From positions 26,788,231 through 26,846,218 of the forward strand of contig NC_057745.1 of NCBI RefSeq assembly GCF_004010195.1: a DNA stretch of 57,988 nucleotides. The letters are read 5' to 3'. The stretch's first letter is position 1. Each line of letters starts with the position of its first letter. The position numbers and the translations under genes were made by a program. The notes beneath the pieces were generated by a model. The model did not search any database, was not told the origin of the DNA, and worked only from the letters and a program-made list of their open reading frames with translations. Of the stretch, positions 12,585 to 25,467 are shown piece by piece. This DNA comes from Chiloscyllium plagiosum. Lineage: Eukaryota.

Positions 12585-12810
12585 GGAGAAAGTGAGGACT
12601 GCAGATTCTAGAGGTCACAGTCAAAGTGTATGGCCCTGGAAAAGCACAGCAGGTCATGCAGCATCTGAGGAGCATGAGAGTCAATGTTTCAGGTATAAGC
12701 CCTTCATCTGGATTGTGGATTGGGAAAGGGGGCTGAGAGATAAATCGGAGATTAGGAATGGGGGCAAGGGAGCTGGGATGGCGATAGGTAGATGCGCGTG
12801 TGGGGTGTTG
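12585..12810 (-). mobile_element. Penelope-associated hammerhead-bearing repeat (paralogous copies at ~23562-23830 on -, ~41340-41600 and ~51570-51795 on +)
   Basis: gagaaagtgaggactgcagat..gaaaagcacagcaggtcatgcagcatctgaggagc..tttcaggtataagcccttcatc. The reverse complement contains a C(T/A)GATGAAGGG..CC.GAAAC core. Confidence 0.7.
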
Positions 12811-12845
12811 AGAGAATTTTACATTCATTCTAAAAGGGAAGATGG

Positions 12846-13197
12846 GGCAGCACGGTGGCACAGTGGTTAGCATTGCTGCCTCACAGCACCAGGGACATGG
12901 GTTCGATTCCAGTCTCGGGCGACTCTCTATGAGGAGTTTGCACATTCTCCTTGTGTCTGTGTGGGATTACTCTGGGAGCTCTGGTTTCCTCCCTCTATCC
13001 GAAGATGTGCAGGTTAAGTGGATGAGCCGTGGTAAATTACCGTTCGTGTTCAGGGATGTGTAGGTTAGGTGCATTAGTCAGGGAACATGTAGAGTAATAG
13101 GGTAAGGGAATGGGTTTGGCTGGGTTACTCTTCAAAGGGTCAGGGTTGACTTGTTGGGCCAAATGGCCTGTTTCCACACTGTAGTCATTCTATGATT
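12846..13197 (+). mobile_element. tRNA-derived V-SINE (HE1-like), near full length
   Basis: A-box-like GGTGGCACAGTGGTTAGC and B-box GGTTCGATTCC, the V-domain-like core ggagtttgcacattctcc..ctggtttcctccc..gatgtgcaggtta, and the CR1-like tail ggcctgtttccacactgtag..ctatgattc. Confidence 0.85.
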
Positions 13198-13204
13198 CAA
13201 CATA

Positions 13205-15745
13205 AATGTGTATAAATCCCTACAGCCTGATCAGATCTACCCTGGAACTCTGTTGGAAGCTCGGAGAGTGATTGCTGGGCCTCTTGCTGAGAAATTTGTA
13301 TCATCAACATTTGCAGGTGAGGTACTGGAAGACTGGAGTTTGGCTAATGTGTTGTCACTATTTAGTAAAGGTGGTAAGGAAAAGCCAGGGAACTGCAGAC
13401 TAGTGAGCTTGACATTGGTGGTGGGCAAGTTGTTGGAGGGATTCCTGAGGGACAGGATTTACATGTATTTGGTAAGCCAAAGACTTATTAGGGATAGTCA
13501 GCATGGCTTTGTGCGTGAGAAATAATTTCTCATAAACTTGATTGAATTTGTTGAAGAAGTAACACAGATGATTGATGAGAGCAGTATGGTGGACGTGATC
13601 TATATGGACTTCAGCAAGGCATTCAACAAAGTTCCTCATGGGTGACTGGTTAGCAAGGTTNNNNNNNNNNNNNNNNNNNNNNNNNNNNNNNNNNNNNNNN
13701 NNNNNNNNNNNNNNNNNNNNNNNNNNNNNNNNNNNNNNNNNNNNNNNNNNNNNNNNNNNNNNNNNNNNNNNNNNNNNNNNNNNNNNNNNNNNNNNNNNNN
13801 NNNNNNNNNNNNNNNNNNNNNNNNNNNNNNNNNNNNNNNNNNNNNNNNNNNNNNNNNNNNNNNNNNNNNNNNNNNNNNNNNNNNNNNNNNNNNNNNNNNN
13901 NNNNNNNNNNNNNNNNNNNNNNNNNNNNNNNNNNNNNNNNNNNNNNNNNNNNNNNNNNNNNNNNNNNNNNNNNNNNNNNNNNNNNNNNNNNNNNNNNNNN
14001 NNNNNNNNNNNNNNNNNNNNNNNNNNNNNNNNNNNNNNNNNNNNNNNNNNNNNNNNNNNNNNNNNNNNNNNNNNNNNNNNNNNNNNNNNNNNNNNNNNNN
14101 NNNNNNNNNNNNNNNNNNNNNNNNNNNNNNNNNNNNNNNNNNNNNNNNNNNNNNNNNNNNNNNNNNNNNNNNNNNNNNNNNNNNNNNNNNNNNTTGTTGG
14201 AGGGAATCCTGAGGGACAGGATTTACATGTATTTGGTAAGCCAAAGACTTATTAGGGATAGTCAGCATAGATTTGTGCGTGAGAAATAATTTCTCATAAA
14301 CTTGATTGAATTTGTTGAAGAAGTAACACAGATGATTGATGAGAGCAGTATGGTGGACGTGATCTATATGGACTTCAGCAAGGCATTCAACAAAGTTCCT
14401 CATGGGTGACTGGTTAGCAAGGTTTGATCTCATGGAATACAGGGATGTGGATACAGAACTGGCTGGAAGGTAGAAGATACAGGGTAGCGGTGGAGGATTG
14501 CTTTTCACATTGGAGGGCTGTGAGCAGTGATGTGCCATAAGGATCGGTGCTTTTTGTCATTTGGATAAATGATTTGGATGTGGACATACAAGGTATTGTT
14601 AGTAAGTTTGCAGATAACACCAAAATTGGAGATGTAGTGGACAGTGAAGGAGGTTACCATGATCCCATGTGATTGGACCATGTCGATTTCACCAGTTTCC
14701 TTATTTCCCCTCCTCCCAGCCCCACCCCATCCCATTTATCTCTCAGGCATCCCCTCATTCCTGATGAAGAGCTTGTGCTTGAAGCATTGTCTCTCTTATT
14801 CCTCAGATGCTCCCTGACCAGCTGTACTTTACCAGCACCACACGTTTTGACTCTGATCTCCAGCATCTGCAGTCCTCACTTTCTCCCAACTGAGCACGTA
14901 AACCGAGAAATTGCAAATGGAGTTCAATGTAGATCAGTATGAGGTGTTACAATTTGGAAAGTCACATCAAGGTAGGAGTTTCATGATGAATGGTTGGGCC
15001 ATAAGGAGTGTAGTGGAACAGAGGGACCTTGGAGTTCAGGTGTATGGTTCTCTGAAAGTGGAGTCACAGGTAGACAGGGCAGTGAAGAACGCTATGGGCA
15101 CACTGGCCTTCATCAGTCAGGGCAGGGAGTACAGACGTTGCGAAGTTATGTTGCAGGTGTACAGAATGTTGTTGAGGATGTACTTGGAGTATTGTGTTCA
15201 GTTTTGGTCACCTTGCAATAGGAAAGATGCTATTAAACAGGATAGAGTGCAGAAGGAATTTACAAGGATGTTGCCAGGACTCAGGGTCTGAGTTGGAGGG
15301 AGAGGTTGCACAAGCTCAGATATTTTTCTTCATAGCAAAAGGAGATTTGGGGGAGGGGGAGGGGGGGAAGATGGTGAATTCTTAAGTAAGTCTATCAGAT
15401 CATGAAAGGCATGGATGGGGTGAATGTACTCAGTCTTTTTCCCAGTGAGGAGGAGTCAAGGACTAGAGAACATCAGTTTAAGGTTAAAGGGGAAAGAATA
15501 AAAGGGAACCGGAGGGTCAATGATTTCACACAGAGAGGGTGGGGTACGCATATGGAATAAGAAGCCAGCAGAAGTGTTTGTTTATGTACCTGCCTCAATG
15601 TTCAAAAATGTATTTAGAGAAATACATGGATAGGAAAGGATTAGAAGGCTGTGGCCCTATACAGGGAAATGGGGTTAGTGTGGAGGGACAGTGTGGTTGG
15701 CACAGACCAGTTTGGGCTGAAGGACCTCTGTGTGCTGTAGGAGTC
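13205..15745 (+). mobile_element. Degenerate CR1 (HER1-like) LINE ORF2/RT, interrupted by a gap and a Penelope-associated repeat (14655-14890)
   Basis: WSLANVLSLFSKGGKEKPGNCRLVSLT, SQHGF, VDVIYMDFSKAFNKVP, SKFADNTK, RDLGVQV, LEYCVQFWSP. Confidence 0.88.
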
Positions 15746-15769
15746 TGAATTTATAAATTGCCAAGGGGA

Positions 15770-16830
15770 GGCGGTTCCACAAATCTCCCCACCCTCAATG
15801 ATCGGGGAGTCCAGCACAAAGGATAAGGCTGAAACATTTGCAACAATGTGCAACCAGAAAGATCCAAAGGGACAATCCATTGTAGTCCCCAGCATCACCG
15901 ATACTTGTCTTCAGTCAGTACTATTGACTCCATGTGACAGAGAAACAGATGTAGACATTGGATACTGTGAAGCCAATGCACACTGACTAACATTGTGTGA
16001 ATAAGGTGAAAGAGCTGTGATCCTGAACGTGCCGTGTCCCTATCCATTCTGTTCCAGTACAGCTACAACTGCAGCTTCTACCTGGAAATGGAGAAAATTG
16101 CCCAGTCGTGTCCAGTTGAGAAAAAGTGGGACAAATCCACCCTTGCCAATTACTCCCACACCAATGTACTCTCAATCACAAGTGATGGATGGAAGATTTT
16201 GTCAACAGTGTTATCAAGGCACATGTCCTCCACACTAATCTGATCACTGATACTCAGTCTGTGATCTACCAGAGTTACTCACCTCCTGATCTCTGTACAG
16301 CTTAGTCCAAGTATGACTGAAAGAGCTGAACGTAAAGAGGGAAGTGAGGGTGACTGCTTTACGACCAAGGCAGAATTTGACTGAGCAATTTACCAAGGGG
16401 TCCGAGGAAAATTGGACTCAGATTAGAAAAACCTCTTTGCTGTTTGGAGTCATGTCCAGCACAAAGAAAGATGGTTCTAGTTATCAATGTTCAATCACCA
16501 CATTCCCAGGACATCTCTGCCAGAGTTCAAGGTACTCTCTTAGACACAACCATGTCAAGTGCTCCAAAGACCTTCCCTCCATCAGAAGGTCAGAAGTGGG
16601 GATGTTTGCTCATGATTGCCCAATGTTCAGCCCCATTGACAACGTCACAGATACTGAAACAGTCCCTGTTCAAATGCAGCAAGACCTGAACAACATTCAC
16701 ATTCAGAACACACAACTGTCAGGCAGTGACTGTCCCCAACAAGGGAAAATCTCACTATCACACCATGACATTCCCATTGCTGAATCCCTCACTATTAAAC
16801 ATCCTGTGGCTTCTCTGTCTCGGCTGGGAT
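15770..16830 (+). mobile_element. Old degenerate LINE RT remnant (CR1/L2-like); paralogous copies at ~28360-29345 and ~32915-33655 (+), ~48855-49730 and ~57310-57988 (-)
   Basis: DLPSIRRSEVGMFAHDC (a FADD-like RT motif) and QMQQDLNNI. The same decayed text recurs in each duplicated unit. Confidence 0.7.
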
Positions 16831-17234
16831 TTGTTGCTTGTCCCTAACTGCCCTTGATTGGATTGGTTTGCTCAGCTATTTCAGAATCAGCTGTGGGTCT
16901 GGTGTCACATTTAGGCCAGACCATGTCATGATGGTAGATTTCCTTCCCTAATGGGAATTGTGAAGGAGCTGGGATTTTATCAAAGATTAGTTTCACAGTC
17001 ACAATTACTGAGATTAGATATCTTCCCCCCCAAAAAACACAAAAATCCATTAGCAACGACAATAAAATTTGAGCCTCCAGCCTCAGATGATTAACCTGAC
17101 TCACTGAATTCCTGTCTCAGTAACACTACCATTATGCCACTTGTTCCACCCACCTGTAGACAGAAGCCTGAGTCTAAGACAGATGGCTCAGTGGTAGCCA
17201 TCAGTGTCAAAGAATCCTGAGTTTAATTCACATT

Positions 17235-17522
17235 GAATCTCTACAGTGTGGAAACAGGCCATTCAGTCCAACAGGTCCACACTGACCCTCTGAAAGGTCA
17301 GCCACCCAGACCTTAACTCTACACTGACCAGTGACACTCCATCTAACCTCCACATTGCAAAAAACTATGGTAAATTTAGTACAGCCAGCTCACCTCACCT
17401 GCACATATTTGGAGGAAACCCACACAGACAGGGAGAACTCCATGTAGATAAATTGCCCAAGGATCGAACCTAGGATGCTGCTGTGAAGGAGCAGTGCTAA
17501 CTACTGTGGCACCATGCTGCCC
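17235..17522 (-). mobile_element. Decayed HE1-like SINE (paralogues at ~33925-34213 on -, ~48320-48618 and ~56604-56886 on +)
   Basis: cagtgtggaaacaggcc tail and gcagtgctaac..gcaccatgctgccc head on the minus strand. Confidence 0.7.
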
Positions 17523-18109
17523 AAGAGACAGTAGGAAAAATCTTCGTAGAGTCTCTGGAAAGACAGTTCATGGTTTATGATAGATGTGACTCTTGAAAGA
17601 TGAGTAGTGTCTGTCCGCTGATGCAGCCTGACTACCTGAGTTTTCCCAGCATTCTGTGGTTTCAGATTTCCAGCCTGTGCAGGATTTTGCTTTTAGTCCT
17701 GAGTGCAAATTTATTCCACAGTCATCAGCATGTGACACTGCTATGGTTTTAAGAATTATATTTTGTCCTTGTTTTGATGAGACTTTGAGGCAAAGGTGGA
17801 GAACTATCTACTGAAAACCAGTAAAAATAAACAGCCTGAGGTCTTGGGTTATAGAGAAATTGGAACTATAGAAGTAGCCTGAATGTGTGTGGTCAAGCTC
17901 TCAGAACCAGAATGAGTAATTTTATCTTGCAGCAGTTGCTGCTGGGACCTTGAAATGGAAGATATTTCCACCCATCTTCCCACCCTGTTCACAGATAAAA
18001 TCTGGGGTGGGGAAGTACTCTGTCTCAGAGTTGCACAAGAGACAATGTATTTTTAAATTTGCCTTTTGTCAAGGGGGCGTTGTTGGGAACTGACTACAGC
18101 GGACCAGTG

Positions 18110-18760
18110 AGAAAGTGGGGACTGCAGATCAGAGTCAAAGTGTGTGGTATTGGAAAAGCACAGCCAGTCAGGCAGCATCCAAGGACAACAGTTAACATTT
18201 CAAGCAGATGCTTGACAGCAGGAGTGTGGGAGGAGGGGTTCCAGGGGATGAGAGGTAAATGGGACATGGCACGGCTGGAGGGAAAGGTAACTGGGAATAC
18301 AGTAGGTAGATGAAGGTGGGGTGTGATGGTGGTAAGTCACTGTGCAGATGTCAGAAAGACATGTTGGACAGTTCAGAAAGGGCAGTGCTGAGTTAGTGCA
18401 TTGGATCTGGGAATAAACTGAGGAAGGTGGTCAGAAGTGATGAAATCTACATGGATCCCATCAGTTTGGAGGGTGCCAAAGATGGAGCTCATCCTCCACT
18501 TGTTGGGTGGCTAGAGTTTGATGGCAGAGGCAACTGAGGACATGTCCTTGGCAGAGTGGGAGGGGAGTTGGTGTGTTCACCCACAGGGTGCTGGCATTAG
18601 TTACATGTCCCAGAGATATTCTGCAGGCTGGTGAAACCAGCTATCGGAGCAGGGGGGTAGCCATGGGTCCCAGCTCTGACTGCCTCCGTCAGGTACAACA
18701 AAGTTCATCTTCTGCAGCTACACTAATACCATTACACATCTTGCCCTCTATTGCACGATG
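18110..18760. mobile_element. Penelope-associated repeat plus a degenerate PLE RT fragment (mirrored at ~47095-47740)
   Basis: gagaaagtggggactgcagat..ggaaaagcacagcc..ggcagcatcc; translation RSRGVAMGPSSDCL. Confidence 0.55.
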
Positions 18761-19415
18761 ATTGTATTGTTACAATCTTGTGCTCCCACAAGGAGGGAGA
18801 ACAGTTCAGTGTTTACTGTAGGAGGAGGATATGGAAAGGTATTGAAAGTGGGGAAGTAGATAGTGAGACCTTCAAAAATGTCCATTTTCGAGGTGGTGTT
18901 TGATGTCTAAAACCACATCCCCTATGCAGGAGGGGTAAACACAGTTTAACGTCAACTCTGACTAGAACATCAGTGAAATCCCAATACTGGAGAGGTCAAA
19001 AATCAGAGGGATAACAGTCCACAAACACAACAGGACTGGCAGCATCTCATGAGATGGTAACATTAGGAATCCACCTGGATACTTGTCCAGAGAATCTGTA
19101 CTGACTAGAAACACCAGCTGTTCCTCCCTCAGACACTGCCACATCTGAGCAGTTCCTCCAGCACATTCTGCAAACAGTGATTTAATCAGAATGGAAAGCC
19201 CCTTTCCAAGGTGGTCATCAATCCCCTCTACTCACTGGAAACAGCAAACAATATCTTCCATAACCCAATCAATCATTCATGAAGCTCAGTTCATGGACCA
19301 GAGAGGCTAAACCCAGGGATTGTACCCAGGGATAGTTTAAACTAAGAAAGGATGCAGAAACAAACCAGCTCCAGAGAGAAGACACCATGAATCACTGCTT
19401 TATTGACTATTCCAA

Positions 19416-22400
19416 TCACCAGTTGATGGGTGTTTGCTCGTGTCTCCTGTACAGGAACAAGGCCAGCAATGAAGCAGAGATCAGACAGACAGCTGTCACA
19501 GTCAGGACCACAATCACACCCAGCTCTGACTCCACACCTACAAAACAAGGAGAAACCAATGGTTACTGAGAGAAAACAGGGACAGAAAGGGAAACTAGCA
19601 GGCAGCCAACTCACCGCTTGGAGACCTCGCCTGCATCCTTCCGTCACCCTCAGTCAGGGGCTGAGTTGCCACATTGTTCAGCTCAGTATCCAGAATGATC
19701 AGGGGGCCAAGTGAGGCCTCCCCCTCCCACTTCAATCCAGCTTCACTCTCTGCAAAAATCAAACATCCCAGTCAGAGAGGGGGGAGTGGGGTGGGGATCC
19801 CCAACATCTAGAGGGTCCATGTCCTACCAGCTTCAGTGCCAAGGTCTCTCCTTCCCCTGAAAGGGAACAGCATCTCCCTTGTGCTCCCACAGTTCCCCAC
19901 ATGGCAACAGGCACAAATGTCACTGTCTGACTCCTCCAATGGGGTCCAGCTAAACAAGAGAAACAGCCCATCAACCACATGGTGCATCACCTCTCCCAAC
20001 AACAACATCCCTGAGGGACAGGGAGAGGGAACTTACATATTCTGCAGCTTCTGGAAAGTACAAGCTTTGTTCCTGGAATCTCCCTGATCCACTGCAGCAA
20101 CTCTCAGGTGACAGGTGATGAACATCTGAGGGACATATTCAGAACAGGTCAGTGTTTAGTGACTCCCTCCCCATTGTGGAGAACCACATCATCAGCATCC
20201 TCTTACCAAGGATCGCTCATCTCCATAGAAACGGAAGGCATCCAGGTCAAACCGGAGCTTGTCCGGCTCCCGCCCGTCTCTCGGCAACACAAAGGTTGAA
20301 AAGGAATCCTCAGCTTTGCTGTCCAGGAGGCAACTGCAGATGGACAAAAGGCCATGAAGTGAATGGAGTGAAGCCATTGAGATGGGAGCAGTTGGAGAAA
20401 GCAGAGAGCTCCTTACCCATTGTAGTCAATGATGCTGTATCTCGGGGTGGAGTCCTTGTCTGGGCTCAGTGTAGCTACACAGCGTTCAATGTACAGCTTC
20501 AGGGGCACATGGTTGGCCATTGAAACAGATGCCTCAATGTGAATGAGGTCACCCAGGGAGTAGACAGTGGAAGTGCGCTCTGTCAGCCAGTCACCTGAAG
20601 TACAGCAAGACAAGGGTTGGAGCCAATGGGTACAACTCCCAGAGAGACACCAGGAGATCCCTCCCCAGCCACCCATCACATACCATTCATTAGACGCAGG
20701 GAGAATGACAGATGCCCTTCTCCAGACCTGGTGGAGCTGAATGGGATCCAGGTGGGCTTGATGGGATTGCTGCTCACATTACCCTTCCTGGGGGGAGGGA
20801 CAGGGGAAAAAGGAGACAGGGCAGCCATTTTAGGCTAGTGTCAGACAACAGTAGCAGGGGATCATATTGACAATCAAGTAAAGATTCTCACCTCAAATAA
20901 CGACATTGAATGGGAACAACAGCACCATTGGTTCTCACAATGACAGATCCAGGATAGTTTGGGATGTGGGTCAGGTGGGTTGTGTAGATCAGGAAATCTT
21001 CAGTCATCTGAAAGACACCAGGTTAAGGAATGAGAGGCTGATCTGAAATGGTAAGGGTCTAGTGTTTACAATGACACCGTCCCATTGTGACTATTCTTAA
21101 GGGAGCGTGACAGGCCCAGGGGACGGCTTTCCCACACCAAGCTGGAGAGACCAGTATTCAAGGGCAACAGGTCACAGGTCAGGGGTTACTCATTTAGGAT
21201 CAGCTTAATGTATTACATCATTCCAAAAATCAGGATGGAATTCCTGATGCAAATGTTAGTTAAAATGATGTGTTGGGCTCCCAGGCAGAGTTAGAGATAA
21301 ATATTGATGGAACAGGGACATGGTGGTCAGCACTGCTGCCTCGCAGCACCAGAGACCCGTGTTCAATTCCCACCTCAGGCGACTGAGGAGTTTGCACATT
21401 CTCCCGGTGTCTGTGTGGGTTTCCTCCGGGTGCTCTGGTTTCCTCCCACAATCCCAAAAATGTGCAGGTTAGGTGAATCGTCCATGCTAAATTGCCCATA
21501 GTGTTAGGTGACGGGGTAAATGTAGGGGAATGGGTCTGTGTGGGTCACCCTTCAACATGGACATGTTGGGCCGAAGGGCCTGTATCCACACTAATCTAAT
21601 TAAAAAATGGTGATTGTTAACACAGGAACAAGGCTGCAGGGATCTTTCCGACGTCAACTCTCCATGTTATCAGGAAACCTCCAGATTGTGATCAGAGCTT
21701 GCTAGCAGAATACCAAGAGATTAATAGCAAGGAGACAGAAGAGTAGAGGAAACAACAATTAACTAGTATTAAATAAAAATACTTTTACCAACAGGTCAAA
21801 TGTAGAGCTCCTCAAGGAGGAGAGAGTCAATTTATTCATAAAATAGCCCCCAGTGGAAGGGAATCAAGTCAATTTGTCCTATGGGAATGGAACTACTTTC
21901 CCTCAAACTAGCCACAGGCCATGCTGCGATGAGTGATGTTCCTGTGACCTCCCTATTGAGAAAAGAATCATTATCAAAAACCACACTTTAGAAGAAGGTC
22001 ACTGAACCAAATTTGGAGAAAGTCCTTAGTATCAAAACACCACCCACATATCACCACATGATACCCAATTCATACTGACAAAACATACATTGTAACAGAA
22101 CAACCCCTGTAATCAGGGGATTCTAAACCAGTGAGAATGGGAGCACAAGGCTAGGAGACAATCCAGGAGAGGAACCTGGACTGAGGATTTGAAAAAGCAG
22201 GAGAATGGTCCTTCTCAAGATCAACAATCTCTCAGCCAGGAACCTTCTGCAGCCCAAACTTCCAGCAAGTGTAGACAACCCCCATTACCTGCAATCTGCT
22301 GCCACACTCATGCAGCCCATAGTCAAAGAAGACAGTCTGGTTCTCAGGGTAGACCCTGGTTGGCCGACAACCTGCTGTCCCCAGGGTCAGGTCAGCAGCT

Positions 22401-22690
22401 TTAATCAGGTGCCTGGTTCCAAATAAATCCAGCTGAGCCCTGACCAGCAGATTGTGCTCTCCACACTGCACCATCACAGTCTGCAGTGAGGACACACTCC
22501 CAGCCTCAGACATTCGGAAACTGGAACCAATGGGACCCCCATGAGGAGGCACTCTCTCAGGAACAGGGCTGGCTCTCACTATTGTCCATGGAGACCTCTG
22601 GTTCAGAAACTGTTGCCATGTTTCAGAGCAACAAACAGCTCCAACTAACACCAACAAAGGGAACAAACCCCTCACTACACAATCACCCAT
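19416..22690 (-). CDS. zp3: Zona pellucida sperm-binding protein 3-like, copy 3, apparently intact (464 aa, 9 exons)
   Basis: Exons 22690-22289, 21007-20892, 20787-20684, 20594-20417, 20333-20207, 20125-20037, 19949-19828, 19749-19615 and 19537-19416 total 1395 nt, all GT-AG, with no internal stop. Motifs: signal peptide; VQCGE..DLFGT..LTLG..GC..LHECG; [23 protein letters not shown]; [24 protein letters not shown]; DAFRF; FITCHL..NKAC; DICACC..C; RGRR; LGPLIIL; C-terminal TM. Confidence 0.93.
21320..21600 (+). mobile_element. HE1-like SINE in intron 1 of copy 3 (same insertion at ~37680-37965 in copy 4 and ~43580-43867 in copy 5)
   Basis: agcactgctgcctc..gttcaattcccacctcaggcgactg..gagtttgcacattctccc..gggccgaagggcctgt. 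Absent from intron 1 of copies 1, 2 and 6. Confidence 0.85.
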
Positions 22691-22735
22691 GATCCGAAAC
22701 AACACAACCATCCCCACACACCCCCAACCAGCTCC

Positions 22736-22917
22736 TTTTATACACACAACTTGCACTCACCTGACACCAATGTGACCAGAAGCAGCAACATTGAACCAAT
22801 CAACCAGCCCCAATCTCTACAATTTCCACCAATGATTGAACTCATTGAGTTATTACCAGGAGGGCCTATTCCATTTGGACCAATAGGAGTGGCTGTGAGC
22901 TGCTGTGCTGTCACCTG
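22736..22917 (-). promoter_or_regulatory. ZP3 copy 3 core promoter (TATA, CCAAT cluster, E-boxes)
   Basis: TATAAAA at 22736-22742, several CCAAT motifs, and CAGGTG at 22912-22917. Conserved across copies. Confidence 0.7.
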
Positions 22918-23866
22918 ACTGAATTCAGCTCCACAAGGTCTCACAGTGAAGGCCCCATGGATACAATCATCAAACGTAGCTCAGTGATCCAGGAGGGTGT
23001 CTGCTGGGTCCTGCCTCCCTCACCCGAGGAACTGACAGTGAGACCCACGAAGGGATTGTCTGAGGGTGAGGTTTGGATAAAACAAAGGGATTGACCTTAT
23101 ACTACACCTCCCCCTGTAAGTGTTTGATAGAGTCAATATAGAAGAAGCTTTATTCTGTATGTTAACTTGTCATGTCCCTGTCAGGGGAGTGTTTGATCGG
23201 GATAATGCAGGGAGAACTTTATTTTCACTTTCCTTTGAATTCATAGACTCGAGGCAGTTTTACTTTGTATTTCACCACACGTTGTCTCTGTCCTGGGAAC
23301 CTTTGATGGGGACAGCTTTCCTTCCAGTTTTCAAGAAAAGTGGAAGATTTTGTTTCAGTTGGAAAGAGTAGAATCTTTTACTCTGTTTATAACTCAAGGA
23401 TGTCCCTGTATTGAAAGTGTTTGATGTAGACAGTGTAGCTATACATTTAGTTTAAAAGTGTAGAGACAGCAGTCTGTTCAGTGACAATGAGCAGAGGAAG
23501 CTCATGTATCGCGTCCCACACTGACCTTGCTCTGGTGGAGTTTGTTGGGGGATGGTGTTGAGGGAGAAAGTGAGGACTGCAGATTCTGGAGATCACAGTC
23601 AAAGTGTGTGGCCCTGGAAAAGCACAGCAGGTCATGCAGCATCTGAGGAGCAGGAGAGTCGGTTTTGGGTATAAGCCCTTCATCAGGATTGTGGATTGGG
23701 AAAGGGGGCTTAGAGATAAATAGAAGTTTAGGGGTGGGGGCAAGGTAGCTCGGATTGCGATAGATATATGCCTTGGGGATGGGGGCAAGGCAGCTGGGTT
23801 GGTGATGGGTAGATGCAGGTGTGGGGTGTTCAGAGAATTTTACATTCACTCTAAAAGGGAAGATGG

Positions 23867-24260
23867 GGCAGCATGGTGGCACATTGGTTAGCACTACACC
23901 AGGGACAGGGGTTTGATTCCAGTCTCAGGCACCTTGCTCTGGTGGAGTTTGTTGGGGGATGGTGTTGAGGGAGAAAGTGAGGACTGCAGAAAGTGTGGGG
24001 TTTGCACACTCTCCTTGTGTCTGTGTGGGATTACTCTGTGTGCTCTGGTTTCCTGCCACTGTCTAAAGATGTGCAGGTTCGGTGAATTGGCCATGCAAAC
24101 TTTCCTCAGGGATGTGTAAGTTAGATGCGTTAGTGAGGGGACATGGAGAGTAATAGGGGAGTAGGGGAGGGGAATGAGTCTGGGTGGGTTATCTTTCGGA
24201 AGGTCAGTGTGGACTTGTTGGGCCAAATGGCCTGTTTCCATTCTGTAGGGATTGTATGTT
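23867..24260 (+). mobile_element. HE1-like SINE containing a 60-bp locally templated insert (mirrored copy at ~40990-41297)
   Basis: The SINE head and tail match 12846-13197. Bases 23931-23990 are identical to 23524-23583. Confidence 0.75.
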
Positions 24261-24264
24261 TCTA

Positions 24265-25467
24265 GATAAAGATGGATAAATCCCTAGGAGCTAATCAGGT
24301 GTCCCCTCGCCCTCGGAGAAGTGAGGGAAATGATTGCTGGGCCCCTTATTGAGATATTTCTATCATTGATAGTTGCAAGTGAGGTGCTGGAAGATTGGAG
24401 GTTGGCTAACACGTTGTCATGATTTAAGAAAGGTGCTAAGGAAAAGCCAGGGAATATAGACCGGTGAGCCTGACATCAGTGGTGGGCAAGTTGTTGGAGG
24501 GACTCCTGAGGGACAGGATTTACATGTATTTGGTAAGCCAAAGACTGATTATGGATAGTTAGCATGGCTTTGTGCATGGGAAATCATGTCTCATGTACTT
24601 GATTGAGTTTTTTGAAGAAGTAACAAAGAGGATTGATGAGGGCAGAGTAGTGGACATGATTGATATGAACTTCAACAAGGTTCCTCATGGATGACTGGTC
24701 AGCAAGGTTAGATCTCATGGAATACAGAGATTTGGATACAGAACTGGCTGGAAAGTAGAAAACATAGGGTAGTGGTGGAGGATGGCTTTTCAGAGTAGAG
24801 GCCTGTGACCAGTGGTGTGCCATAAGGATCGGTGCTGGGTCCACTACTTTTCATCATTTGTATAAATGATTTGAATGTGAACATAGGAGGTATCGTTAGT
24901 AAGTTTGCAGATGACACCAAAATTGGTGGTGTAGTGGAGAGCGAAGGAGGTGACCATGATCCAATGTGATTGGGTCATGTCGATTTCACCAGTTTCCTCA
25001 TTTCCCCTCCTCCCAGCTCTACCCCATCCCATTTATCTTGAGGGCATCCCCTCATTCCTGATGAAGAGCTTGTGCATGAAGCATTGTCTCTCTTGTTCCT
25101 CAGATGCTGCCTGACCAGCTGTACCTTTCCAGCAACTCACTTTCTGACTCTGATCTCCAGCATCTGCAGTCCTCACTTTCTCCCAACTGAGCACGTGCAC
25201 GTGAAGAGGTTTTACGTATTGGGAAGTCACATCAAGGTAGGAGTTTCATGATGAATGTTCAGGCCTTAAGTAGTGTAGTGGAACAGAGGGACCTTGGAGT
25301 TCAGGTGTATGGTTCTCTGAAAGTGGAGTCACGGGTAGACAGGGCAGTGAAGGAGGCTTTTGACACACTGGCCTTCATCAGTCAGGGCATTGAGTAGAGA
25401 TGTTGGGAAGTTATGTTGCAATTATACAGAATGGTGACAAGGCCTGCACTTGGAGTATTGTGTTCAG
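24265..25467 (+). mobile_element. Degenerate CR1 LINE RT, paralogous to 13205-15200; its 3' part resumes at ~28030-28355
   Basis: gaagattggaggttggctaac, gcatggctttgtg, aagtttgcagatgacaccaaaattgg (KFADDTKIG). It has the same embedded Penelope-type repeat at ~24975-25190. Confidence 0.85.

Noticed and set aside
12846-12915. tRNA-like sequence with A and B boxes
   Set aside because: It is the head of an HE1-like SINE, not a tRNA gene.
13431-14423. Near-identical ~230-bp repeat on both sides of the 13661-14193 gap
   Set aside because: This is a typical unmerged contig overlap or assembly artefact.
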